A stretch of DNA of 64,000 bases from Polyangiales bacterium (GTDB lineage: Bacteria; Myxococcota_A; Polyangia; Polyangiales; Houyiibacteriaceae), in assembly GCA_045106895.1 (NCBI GenBank), contig JBGCFM010000039.1, forward strand, positions 6,575 to 70,574. Reading direction: 5' to 3'. The position numbers and the translations under genes are program-made. The notes beneath the pieces were generated by a model. The model saw only the letters and a list, made by a program, of their open reading frames with translations. It searched no databases and was not told where the DNA came from. Positions 49,588 through 58,537 of the stretch are shown here, in pieces; within the stretch, counting starts at the first letter, position 1; every line of letters begins with the position of its first letter.

Positions 49588-51294
49588 TCAGTCTTGAGTG
49601 AAGTCGCGCTGGACGTAGAACTTGGCGCGAACGGCCATGAGTGCGCCGACGATGACGGCGGTCCAGCAGAAGAACCAGAAGAACTCGACTTGGCCGAAGC
49701 CGCCCTCGAGGTGCGATGCGATGTAGTCCTTGGCGCCGGTCAGAACCGTGACGAAGAGGTTGCCCAAGGTGATGGTGAGCATGAAGAGGCCCATGACGAT
49801 GGACTTCATGCGCTTCGGTGCCTGGGTGTAGGCGAACTCCAGCGCAGTGATGGACACGAGGACCTCGCTGGTGGTGAGAATCAAGTACGCGAGAACCTGC
49901 CACCAAATGCTGACGGTGTTCGGCTCGCCGGCATCGATCTTCTGCTGGATGATGGCGGCGATGGCGAAGGAGCCGCCGGCCATCATCAAGCCGATGACCA
50001 TGCGGCGCAGGGGTGTCCATTCGAAGCCCAGCTTTTTTGAGATTCGGTAGACGATGTTCATGACGGGGATGAGCCCCATGACCATGAGCGGGTTGGCAGC
50101 CGCGACCTGCGACGGCAGAACGTCGACACCGAACATCGTGGTGTCCATGGCCCCGGCCTGGAGAATCCAGGTCGAGCCGTGCTGGTCGAAGATGGCCCAG
50201 AAGGCTGGGATGAAAATGAAGATGGTGCACACCTTGAAGACGGCGTGGGGCCCTTCGGCGGCGGCGAGACCAAAGCGTTCGATGGCCGGCGCCCAGAACT
50301 TCGACCAGAACTTGCTGGTCACGAGCGGGCTCTCAGGGTCGTCGGGCGTCTTTACCTCGTCCAGTTTGCGCGGGGCTCCAGGGGCTCCGCCAAGCTTCAC
50401 TCGGAAGTTGTAGAGAAGGATGGCGAGGAAGCCGTCGTCTTCTTCGATGCGCTGACGGTAGGCAAAGACCGCGAGGCCGGCGATGAGGAACGCCGGGCTA
50501 AGGACGCCCAAACGAAGGACCCAGCCCCACTCCGCAGGAGTGACGAAGAAGTGCCCGATGGCGAGGAACATGATGCCGCCGGAGAGGGTGTCGAGCTTTC
50601 CAAGCTTTCCGCCGGGCTCCGGGGGGACATGCACAAACTTGTGCCGCCCCATCCAGAAAAAGAACGTGGCTATGGCCATGAGCACGCCGGGAATTCCGAA
50701 GGCCAGGGAGACGCGCCAGAACTCGGTTCCGTCGCCGCGGATCCACGGAATCAACAGCGTCGCGAAGAACGAGCCGAAGTTAATGCTGAAGTAGAAAATC
50801 TGATAGATGGTCGGAACCTTGGACCAGTTGCCGCGGCCGAACTGGTCACCGACGTTCGCGGAGACGCAAGGCTTGATGCCGCCGGCGCCGATGGCGATGC
50901 ACGCGAGGCCCGCATAAACCATATTGATACGCATCGACGGGTCTGCGCTGAGGTCCGCCACGGCGAGGATGGCGTGTCCCACGCAGTACATCAGCGAGAG
51001 CCAGAGAATGGTTTTGTACTTGCCCCAAAAGCGGTCGGCGAGAATCGCGCCGATCATCGGGAACGCGTACACCGCGCCGGCGAAGATGTGATAGTTCACC
51101 GTCGCCTGATCCTGAGCCACAGACTCGGCGGCGCCGGTGAGCTGATACAGCGCCACCAGGTGAACGACGAGGATCGCCTTCATGCCGTAAAAGCTGAAGC
51201 GCTCGCACATCTCGTTGCCAACGATGTAAGGAACACCCTTCGGCCAGCCTGTGTTCTCATGGTCTGGCGAGGTACGCCATTGGGGATCGCTCAT
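49588..51294 (-). CDS. POT/PTR2-family peptide transporter (paralogue)
   Basis: GNEMCERFSFYGMKAILVVHL signature. Start taken at MSDPQW (ATG 51294). Lies 7 nt upstream of the other POT gene. Confidence 0.88.
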   Translation of the reverse strand: MSDPQWRTSPDHENTGWPKGVPYIVGNEMCERFSFYGMKAILVVHLVALYQLTGAAESVAQDQATVNYHIFAGAVYAFPMIGAILADRFWGKYKTILWLSLMYCVGHAILAVADLSADPSMRINMVYAGLACIAIGAGGIKPCVSANVGDQFGRGNWSKVPTIYQIFYFSINFGSFFATLLIPWIRGDGTEFWRVSLAFGIPGVLMAIATFFFWMGRHKFVHVPPEPGGKLGKLDTLSGGIMFLAIGHFFVTPAEWGWVLRLGVLSPAFLIAGLAVFAYRQRIEEDDGFLAILLYNFRVKLGGAPGAPRKLDEVKTPDDPESPLVTSKFWSKFWAPAIERFGLAAAEGPHAVFKVCTIFIFIPAFWAIFDQHGSTWILQAGAMDTTMFGVDVLPSQVAAANPLMVMGLIPVMNIVYRISKKLGFEWTPLRRMVIGLMMAGGSFAIAAIIQQKIDAGEPNTVSIWWQVLAYLILTTSEVLVSITALEFAYTQAPKRMKSIVMGLFMLTITLGNLFVTVLTGAKDYIASHLEGGFGQVEFFWFFCWTAVIVGALMAVRAKFYVQRDFTQD

Positions 51295-51430
51295 CAAAAA
51301 CTCCAGCGCCAGCGTCTGTCCTGGCGCGTGACTGCTTAGCGCATTAGACGCCTCGCGCTTCCCGAACCTGCGGACGGTGTGCAAAACACGAACACACGAT
51401 AGAACGGAGGCGACCTGCTAAGTTCGCGAC

Positions 51431-52519
51431 ATGGGCAAGTCCGCGAGTGGCCGAGTGGCCGGCATCGACGTGGCGCGGGCCCTAGCAGCGCTCATCATGC
51501 TGCAAGGACATGCGACGGACGGCTGGGTGCGCCCCGAGCATGAGGATGCTGTTTTTCGTGCGTCACGCTTCTTGGGGACCTTTCCCCTGCCCGCGTTTCT
51601 GCTCCTGGCGGGCACGAGCGTTGCTTGGCGCGTAGCCATCGGCGAAGAGCGCGGCGAGAGCCCCCGCAAGATTGGCCGCGCCCTGACGCGTCGCGGACTC
51701 GGCCTTGTCCTCACCGGATACGTCGTCTCCTTCGCCTTTGCGCTGATGGATGGCGCGACAGCCGAGTTTCTGCCCACGCTGCTCCGAGCCGACGTGCTCC
51801 ACGTCATTGGGGCGTCCATTGCGCTCGCCGGAGCGCTGGTTCCCGCGAGGGCCGACTTTGCGTCGAGCTTCGTCCGCCGCAGCGTGGCCTTCGGCATCGG
51901 CGTCACGATCCTCTGTCCACTCTTGCCGGCCTTCGACTTGCCGCTTCCGGCGGCGGCATTGGTAGGCGTCTTCGTCGACGCCGCGCCGGTCACCCGCATG
52001 CCCCTCGTACCGCTCTTCGCGTGGTTCGCCGCCGGCGCCCTCTGCACAAGCTTTATGCGTGGTGGGGCGACCTCTCCTTTTGCCCAAGTCGCCGGGACCA
52101 CAAAGAAACGGCTCGCCGTCCTCGCGATCATTGCGTCGGGCGCAGCCGCTGTAGGCTGGAACGGTATGAACACGCTGCATGAGGCCTTTGGCGGGACGCT
52201 GAGTCGGCAGCACATCGCCATCGTCGCAAATGTCCTCGACCTCGCCGGCCGGGGCGCGCTGGTTCTCGTCGTCGGCGCTGCGTTGGCGCCTTTTCTGTCC
52301 GCGCGCGTCCGATTTCATCTCGTGCTCTTGGGCCGAGGTTCGCTGACGGCCTACGTTGTTCACCTCCCCTTTTGTTATGGGCGTCTGGGCTCCCCGCTCC
52401 GCGCGTCACTGACCAGCGCGCAAGCCGTCCTCGGGATTCTCGTACTCGCGATGGGCACCTACGTCTGCGTGCGCGTCTGGCCCGCCCTCCGAGAAGGCAT
52501 CTTGCGGCGCCGGTCGTAG
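51431..52519 (+). CDS. DUF1624 / acyltransferase-3-like integral membrane protein
   Basis: N-terminal RVAGIDVARALAALIMLQGH motif and about 10 TM helices. Confidence 0.65.
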   Translation: MGKSASGRVAGIDVARALAALIMLQGHATDGWVRPEHEDAVFRASRFLGTFPLPAFLLLAGTSVAWRVAIGEERGESPRKIGRALTRRGLGLVLTGYVVSFAFALMDGATAEFLPTLLRADVLHVIGASIALAGALVPARADFASSFVRRSVAFGIGVTILCPLLPAFDLPLPAAALVGVFVDAAPVTRMPLVPLFAWFAAGALCTSFMRGGATSPFAQVAGTTKKRLAVLAIIASGAAAVGWNGMNTLHEAFGGTLSRQHIAIVANVLDLAGRGALVLVVGAALAPFLSARVRFHLVLLGRGSLTAYVVHLPFCYGRLGSPLRASLTSAQAVLGILVLAMGTYVCVRVWPALREGILRRRS

Positions 52520-52578
52520 GTCCACGGGCCGCGACTTTCTTCGCGCCTTCCCACAACATGCGCTAGGCGTCAGGGACG

Positions 52579-53955
52579 ATGGTCTGGCGACACAACGATG
52601 GGCTCATGACGCACCGCCGCTGGCTCGTCGCTCTGATGGTCGTGGTCGGCAGCCTCGGCGCCTGCAGCGACACGAGCAATGCAGAGAGCGCCAGCGCGGC
52701 CCGTGAACCGGAGCCCGAGCCGGAAGAGCAGGCGCCGCGGCTACCGGGTTACCCCCTCATCGACGATTCCGTCTTGCGGCGGGCGCCGGAGCTCCTGGAT
52801 CATCTCGTCCCAAGACTCAGGCCTGCGACGGGCCTGCGCTTTCGGAACCTCGTCTACGAGGCCAACAACGTGGACCTTCGCGGAGGCCGCACCGAACAGG
52901 AACTCTACGAAGACACCGGCGTTGAAATCGCGGAGCGCTGGCGCGAGGGCGCCGCGGGTGTTCGTCGTGTCCTCGTGCTGAGAGACGCGCTCTTTTCGCA
53001 ACAAGACCACCCCATCGACCACACCCCCGTGAGCATCATGATGCCAGCGAGCTGGATCAGCGTCGCGGTGCACATGGTGATGGAGGGCCAAGAGCTACAC
53101 CCAGCCAGGGCACCTGAGCTCGATGACGACGCGGCGTGGGCGGAGCTAGACACGCCTGCGCTCCTCTTCGGGAGCTTCCCACCGAGCGAGCGGCTCCACG
53201 AAGAGGCGACGAAACCGCGCACGGTGCTGGCACCGCAACGCCTGCGGGTGACGAACGCGCGCCGGAGCGTCGCAATGTTGGCGCAACAGTCACGCGCCAT
53301 GTGTGACGCCGCCGGCGAAGGTCCGGAGGCCGTGGCGGCGGCCGGCGCGGAGGCCATCAGCTTCAGCGACCGCCTCTACTTCGGCGAGCGACTGCGGCGC
53401 GAGAACATCATCTTAGTCACCGTGGAGAACCCGACGCTCCATGAGCGCGTCGACGAAGCGAAGGGATTTCGTCCGCCACGGGGCACGCTCAGTGACGAAG
53501 CCATCGCGACCGCCGTCGACGCGCTGTATAGGCGGCGACTCGCCGATGGGGACGTGGGCATCGAGCGCGTGGACCTGAATCGAATGTCGGAACGTCGACA
53601 CGCCGTGGCGCTTCTGGAACGACTCATCCCCAAAGAAGACCCCGGCGACTCGCAGATCTGGCTCTACGTCCACGGCGGCCTTCGTGGCAGCGCCATCGAA
53701 GACGCGCTGAGCCATATGTATGGCTTTCGCCTTCAGCTCGAAGCCGGAAACGTGAACCTCAGCCGTCTCCGCCTCTTCGCCCGGCCGCCTGTTCCCATCG
53801 GCGGAAGCGACTTAGCCCGACAGCTCTGGCTCGGATCGCGACGCTTTCGAAACCATGACCTGCCCATGAGCCTCAACCTTGGAAGCGGTCTGCTGACGCG
53901 GCTCTTCGAGGAGCTGCGGCCCACTCTCCAGCGACGCATGGAAGACGACGACTAG
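52579..53955 (+). CDS. Hypothetical lipoprotein
   Basis: Signal/lipobox LMVVVGSLGAC. No motif recognised. Confidence 0.55.
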   Translation: MVWRHNDGLMTHRRWLVALMVVVGSLGACSDTSNAESASAAREPEPEPEEQAPRLPGYPLIDDSVLRRAPELLDHLVPRLRPATGLRFRNLVYEANNVDLRGGRTEQELYEDTGVEIAERWREGAAGVRRVLVLRDALFSQQDHPIDHTPVSIMMPASWISVAVHMVMEGQELHPARAPELDDDAAWAELDTPALLFGSFPPSERLHEEATKPRTVLAPQRLRVTNARRSVAMLAQQSRAMCDAAGEGPEAVAAAGAEAISFSDRLYFGERLRRENIILVTVENPTLHERVDEAKGFRPPRGTLSDEAIATAVDALYRRRLADGDVGIERVDLNRMSERRHAVALLERLIPKEDPGDSQIWLYVHGGLRGSAIEDALSHMYGFRLQLEAGNVNLSRLRLFARPPVPIGGSDLARQLWLGSRRFRNHDLPMSLNLGSGLLTRLFEELRPTLQRRMEDDD

Positions 53956-53963
53956 CCCGCGTT

Positions 53964-55247
53964 TCAGCGTTCGCCTTCGACGGCACAGGCCGCGCGGACT
54001 TGTTCGTAGACAGCTGGATGGTTCTGCAGATGGTGGTGCATCACCCCGCCGTAATGGCGCGTGTCGATGGGGAACGCTCGCTCGCTCATCCTTGGGCCGG
54101 CCGCGCTTGAGACGCGCACCAGTAGGTCACCGATGATCTTTCCGACCGGATGTTCCGCATCTTCCGTGACGCTCGCGGAGACGAAATAGTGCGCGGCGTG
54201 ATCGAGGGGAAGCGCGTCTCGAGCGAGGGGGTGATGCGTGAGCCATTCTTCGTCCACAATGGCGCCGTTGTAGAGGTCATGAACCCCTGCGCTTCGCGCC
54301 TCCAAGATGCGCGAGAGGATCTTCGTCGCCGGCAAGTCCACGCTCCCCAACGTCTCTGTGAGGGCGTGACCGAGACGGGCGAGGGGCGCCCCCTGGTGCG
54401 GTGAGCCAAAGTAGAACACGCGGCGAAGATGCTTCGTCCACGCCATGCCGTGTTCTTCCGCGTGGTGGCACGCGCTGCTCGACACGAGACCTCCCATGCT
54501 GTGACCAAAGATGCTCAGGTCGTCGATGGGCTGAGGGTACGCAAGCGTAAGCTCCTCAAGGAGAGCAGCAAAGCTCCGGCCGCTGTCCGACACATGTCGT
54601 CCCGTGTTGTACCGGATAAAGATGGGAGTGAACGCCAAGTCGCGCGCCAGCATCGACGCAAAGGTGGTCTCCGAGTCTCCGTAGTACGCGTCCGCTTCGA
54701 GACACCAGGACCACTCGGTGGTTCCGAGACCGTGAACGAACACCGCGACCTTCGGCGTGGTCTCCACAGAGCTGAGAGCCGCGGCGAGAGCGGCACGGTC
54801 CGGCGCCACGTATCGATCGCCGATGCGCACCGTCATCGCGAGGTCGAGTTCGCTTCCGGAGCGATGAAGATGATCTCCGACGGCGGCATTGAGGAGCCCG
54901 AGCGTCGCGTCGCCGACCCACTCTTTTGTGCCGATGACCGTTGAGCGTAGGGGCACCGGCGCCGCCGCTTCCGCGGTGGCGCCTTGCCCTTGAGGAAACG
55001 CCGCCGAGAGACCGAAGTCGCTCACGCTCTGGATGGAGCGATTCGCCAAGCGGATGGTGCTCAGCACTCCGCTCGTCGACAGACGCCGCAGCTCATCGAT
55101 GGCCTGTACGGGGCCAGCGAGCGCTTCGACCTCATCGCTCACGCGGCGCACGGCGCGGGCGCTCGACTCGTTCCCCTCACGAACAAGCTCCAAGGTGGCA
55201 TCGACGGCGTCGTGCAAGAGAGCTTTCACACCACGCCAGGTCCGCAT
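53964..55247 (-). CDS. Alpha/beta-hydrolase (PGAP1/lipase-like) with helical N-terminal region
   Basis: Nucleophile elbow GHSMGG. The start is uncertain. ATG 55355 would overlap the divergent oxygenase start within CCATGG, and the track start 55466 overlaps it by 113 nt. Confidence 0.7.
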   Translation of the reverse strand: MRTWRGVKALLHDAVDATLELVREGNESSARAVRRVSDEVEALAGPVQAIDELRRLSTSGVLSTIRLANRSIQSVSDFGLSAAFPQGQGATAEAAAPVPLRSTVIGTKEWVGDATLGLLNAAVGDHLHRSGSELDLAMTVRIGDRYVAPDRAALAAALSSVETTPKVAVFVHGLGTTEWSWCLEADAYYGDSETTFASMLARDLAFTPIFIRYNTGRHVSDSGRSFAALLEELTLAYPQPIDDLSIFGHSMGGLVSSSACHHAEEHGMAWTKHLRRVFYFGSPHQGAPLARLGHALTETLGSVDLPATKILSRILEARSAGVHDLYNGAIVDEEWLTHHPLARDALPLDHAAHYFVSASVTEDAEHPVGKIIGDLLVRVSSAAGPRMSERAFPIDTRHYGGVMHHHLQNHPAVYEQVRAACAVEGER

Positions 55248-55353
55248 GAGCAAAGTCTGCCACGAAACCCAGGCTTCGTCGCAGTCTGGCGCCGCGCCGT
55301 CAATTTCCGCCAGAACTGTCGCGGGGCAGCGAGAGACGTGATAGCGATCAGCC

Positions 55354-56445
55354 ATGGAATCGACAGATCTGGTGATCGACCTTGAGGATATCCGCAGCGG
55401 CGACCCCGCTCGCTTAGAGAAGGCCGCCGCGGCGCTTCGCACGGGCTTCGGAGAATACGGACTCATCTACATCAAGAGCCACGGCGTGGACATGGAACGC
55501 CTAGGAAAGCTCTACGCTCAGTGGGTTGAACTCACCGACCGCAGCGCGGAAGAGAAGCAGGCGTGGGCGCGCCCCGATGTCTGGTACCAGCGCGGATGGA
55601 CGCCGCCGAACACCGAGCAGGCCGTCGTCGCCGGTGGCCAACCGGATTTCAAGGAGTGCTACTTCGCTGCACCCATGGAGCTCGACGAGCGCGTGAAACT
55701 GATGTTCCCGGAGATCTACGCGGACAACTCTTGGCCGCAAAATTCCGGTGACTTTGAGGCCGACTATCTGGCCCTCGGACAGCAGGTACATGAGGTGGGG
55801 ATGACCGTCCTCGAGGCCTGCGCCGGTGCTCTTGGCTTGCCGACGGAGGTTTTCCGTGACGGCACAAAAGGGGGTCCACATGTCACACGACTCTTGCGCT
55901 ACCTGCCACTGAGCGAGGAACAGGTCGGAACCAACATTGTCTGGGGCGAAGAGCACACAGACTTCAACTTGCTCACCCTCCTCCCGGGTGGACAGTTTCA
56001 GGACCCCAGCAGCGCGGCGTGCGATCGCCCGGATCCAGCAAGCGGACTCTACCTGCGAACACGCGAAAACGAAGAACACCCACGCGGACGCAAAGTTCAC
56101 GGGAAGCCCCCGGCGGGATGCATCGTGGCGCAGGTCGGGCAGCAGCTCGAAATCCTCACCGGTGGCGTTTACCAAGCGACGCCCCACGTCATCACGCCGC
56201 CAAAGCAGGTTGGATACACACGAACGGCGCTCGCTCACTTCATCCACATGCACTCCGAGCGACGGCTCTTTCCTGAAGATCGCTTCGTCAACGACGAGAC
56301 CATTCGGAACTACGGTCCGCCGGTCCTCGCAGGGACCTACGGGCTCAAGACGCTGGTGGACATCGGCCTCGCGCCCAAGGAGGCGCTGAATAAGCTCGGG
56401 TACCATCACTATGACCGCCTCGCCGCTGCCCGCGACGAAAGCTGA
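55354..56445 (+). CDS. 2-oxoglutarate/Fe(II)-dependent oxygenase (isopenicillin-N-synthase-like family)
   Basis: N-terminal DIOX_N-like VIDLEDI...GLIYIKSHGV. HxD facial-triad context EHTDFNLLTLL, with a distal H (TPHVI) and RTA. Confidence 0.85.
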   Translation: MESTDLVIDLEDIRSGDPARLEKAAAALRTGFGEYGLIYIKSHGVDMERLGKLYAQWVELTDRSAEEKQAWARPDVWYQRGWTPPNTEQAVVAGGQPDFKECYFAAPMELDERVKLMFPEIYADNSWPQNSGDFEADYLALGQQVHEVGMTVLEACAGALGLPTEVFRDGTKGGPHVTRLLRYLPLSEEQVGTNIVWGEEHTDFNLLTLLPGGQFQDPSSAACDRPDPASGLYLRTRENEEHPRGRKVHGKPPAGCIVAQVGQQLEILTGGVYQATPHVITPPKQVGYTRTALAHFIHMHSERRLFPEDRFVNDETIRNYGPPVLAGTYGLKTLVDIGLAPKEALNKLGYHHYDRLAAARDES

Positions 56446-56576
56446 GCGACGAAAACCGGGCGCGGGATGTGCATGCTTGTGCCACGCGCAGCCCGGCGTG
56501 GCGCGCTTCGCCTTGGCCCGCTTTCGTTTCCGGCGCGTATCCACGGCATTCGCACTCGGCACGCTTCCTGCTTTGA

Positions 56577-56951
56577 ATGATCCCTATGAACCGATGCTCA
56601 AAGTGCTCTTGCTTCATTCCAGCCCAGGCGAACGCTTGCCCGGAATGTGATCTCGTCGTCGTCTCTCCCATGCGAAGAGCAGCCAAGGGCATCGCGATGC
56701 TCGGCGCCAGCGTCGCAACGGCGATGACTCTGATGGCTTGCTACGGCGTTCCCTACGAGCCCATTGAGTGCAATGACGTCGACGGGGACGGATACTGTCC
56801 ACCGGCAGACTGCGATGACTCCGATTTTGAGCGTCGACCCGGCGCCATCGACACTCTCGGCGACGGAGTCGACCAGAACTGCGACGGTGTGGACGGAGTG
56901 ATGAGCGTCATGGACGGTGGCGCCGACTCCGGTGCCGACGCCGGAATGTAG
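56577..56951 (+). CDS. Small Zn-ribbon / single-TM / Cys-Asp metal-binding-motif protein
   Basis: CSKCSC...CPEC ribbon, then TM GIAMLGASVATAMTLMACYG, then DGDGYCPPADCDDSD...GDGVDQNCDG, which resembles the MopE-type 'putative metal-binding motif'. Lies 12 nt upstream of the radical SAM gene. No strong SD. ATG 56586 is an alternative start. Confidence 0.5.
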   Translation: MIPMNRCSKCSCFIPAQANACPECDLVVVSPMRRAAKGIAMLGASVATAMTLMACYGVPYEPIECNDVDGDGYCPPADCDDSDFERRPGAIDTLGDGVDQNCDGVDGVMSVMDGGADSGADAGM

Positions 56952-56963
56952 ACTCCCCAGTCC

Positions 56964-58211
56964 ATGAGTGGAGCCAAGAGCCGTCGCCTCGACGTGATGA
57001 AGGAGAGCTTCCACCCGGCATATGTCGTGTGGGAGCTAACCCTACGCTGCGACCACGCCTGCAAGCACTGCGGCTCGCGCGCGAATGAGGCACGGCCCGA
57101 CGAGCTCCCCACCGAAGAGGCTCTCGATGTTTGCCAACAGCTCGCCGACGCCGGCGCACGTGAAGTCGTCCTCATCGGCGGCGAAGCATATCTTCACGAC
57201 GGCTTCTACGCGATCGCCCGGAGGCTCCGCGCCTTGGGCGTTCGCGTCGGCGTGACCTCCGGCGGACTCGGCATCGACGAAGAGCGGGCGCAGGCGATGG
57301 CCGAGGCCGGCGTGATGCAATGCAGCATCAGCGTGGATGGCGTCGCCGGGAGCCACGACCGTATCCGTGCAAAGAGCGGAAGCCACCGGTCCGCCCTCTC
57401 CGCGTTGCACCACCTGAAGTCCGCGGGCATTCGCACGGCGAGCAATATCAACCTGAACCGGGTCAATGTCGCCGATCTTGAGGCGCTCTACCCGCTGCTG
57501 CGTGATGCGGGCGTCACAGCGTGGCAGGTGCAGCTTACGGCGGCGCTCGGGCGCGCGGCGGACCGGCCGCAAATGCTGCTCCAACCTTATGAGCTCATCG
57601 CGTTGATGCCGCGCATCGCAAACCTCAAGAGACGCGCGCACGAAGACGGCATGCTGCTTATGCTGGGCAACAACCTTGGCTACTTTGGCCCCGACGAGGC
57701 GACGTTGCGCTCTTTGAAACCCGGCGCGGAAGACCATTGGCAAGGATGCCAAGCAGGGCGCTTCGTCATGGGCGTCGAATCGGACGGGGGGGTCAAGGGC
57801 TGCCCGTCGCTGCAAAGCGCTCACTACATCGGCGGTCACCTTCGAAAGCGTTCACTCAAAGACATCTGGGATGACGCACCGCAGCTGGCCTTTGCTCGAG
57901 CGCGAACCCGTGAAGACCTATGGGGATACTGCGCGGAGTGCGCGTACGGCGACACGTGCCTCGGCGGGTGCTCGTTCACGGCGCACGCGCTCTTCGGCAA
58001 ACCCGGAAACAACCCCTACTGTGTTCACCGCGCCCGTATGTTCAACAAGCGCGGACTGAAAGAGCGTTTGGTGGCCGGCGAGGCTGCCAAAGGCCTCCCC
58101 TTTGATAACGGCCGCTTCGTCATCGAAGAGGTCGCCTTCGATGCGCCGGAGGACACGCTCGCCCTGGACGGCCTCGTGAGAATCGGACGCAAGCCCGCGC
58201 GCACTCACTGA
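56964..58211 (+). CDS. Radical SAM enzyme with C-terminal SPASM/twitch domain
   Basis: CX3CX2C cluster motif CDHACKHCG. GGE-like LIGGEA. C-terminal Cys cluster GCPS...CAECAYGDTCLGGCSF. Confidence 0.88.
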   Translation: MSGAKSRRLDVMKESFHPAYVVWELTLRCDHACKHCGSRANEARPDELPTEEALDVCQQLADAGAREVVLIGGEAYLHDGFYAIARRLRALGVRVGVTSGGLGIDEERAQAMAEAGVMQCSISVDGVAGSHDRIRAKSGSHRSALSALHHLKSAGIRTASNINLNRVNVADLEALYPLLRDAGVTAWQVQLTAALGRAADRPQMLLQPYELIALMPRIANLKRRAHEDGMLLMLGNNLGYFGPDEATLRSLKPGAEDHWQGCQAGRFVMGVESDGGVKGCPSLQSAHYIGGHLRKRSLKDIWDDAPQLAFARARTREDLWGYCAECAYGDTCLGGCSFTAHALFGKPGNNPYCVHRARMFNKRGLKERLVAGEAAKGLPFDNGRFVIEEVAFDAPEDTLALDGLVRIGRKPARTH

Positions 58212-58278
58212 GGGGCAGGGAGGATCCAGAGCTTCGCGGCGAACCGGCGCGGAGGAATGCAGGCAGGCCCTAGCGTTG

Positions 58279-58303
58279 TTGATAATGATTTTCACAATCA
58301 TCA
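58279..58303. promoter_or_regulatory. Fur-box-like AT-rich imperfect palindrome
   Basis: GATAATGATTTTCACAATC (58281-58299) matches the 19-nt consensus GATAATGATAATCATTATC at 15/19 positions by my count. It is an AT-rich island in a GC-rich 326-bp intergenic region. Confidence 0.3.
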
Positions 58304-58537
58304 GCTGGCGGGTTCGCGACAGCTTTGCGCGGCCTAAATTGAGTAGTTCACGCGCGCCGCCAACGAGTGAATCCCTGTTAGTCTGCCGGTGGTGCTTCGA
58401 AGACGGCCCAGCAGGACTCTCGGGTGAGTTCGAGTCACGACGAGCGAACCCGGGTGGACCGGCCAAGTTCCAGGAGCAGCTCCGGCGCTTCCTCGCCGAG
58501 CTCGGCCCGCGCTCGAACAAAGTTCGCCGACAAGACC

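Noticed and set aside
48252-51339. 449-aa and 386-aa plus-strand ORFs antisense to the two POT transporters
   Set aside because: The minus-strand frames carry the PTR2 signature and TM helices. The antisense products are charged D/E/R/G-rich non-membrane sequences.
55353-55356. CCATGG in which the alpha/beta-hydrolase ATG (minus) and the oxygenase ATG (plus) would overlap back-to-back
   Set aside because: Divergent genes sharing start codons leave no promoter space. It is more likely that the hydrolase starts at an internal ATG/TTG (55247/55253), so I treat this as a start-call ambiguity, not biology.
56446-56576. Possible short precursor-peptide ORF (e.g. MCMLVPRAARRGALRLGPLSFPARIHGIRTRHASCFE) upstream of the Zn-ribbon gene
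   Set aside because: It has no SD and an R-rich composition typical of random GC-rich ORFs. The region also forms a GC hairpin (GCCACGC-N8-GCGTGGC), which looks more like the end of the oxygenase transcript. This is not supportable without comparative data.
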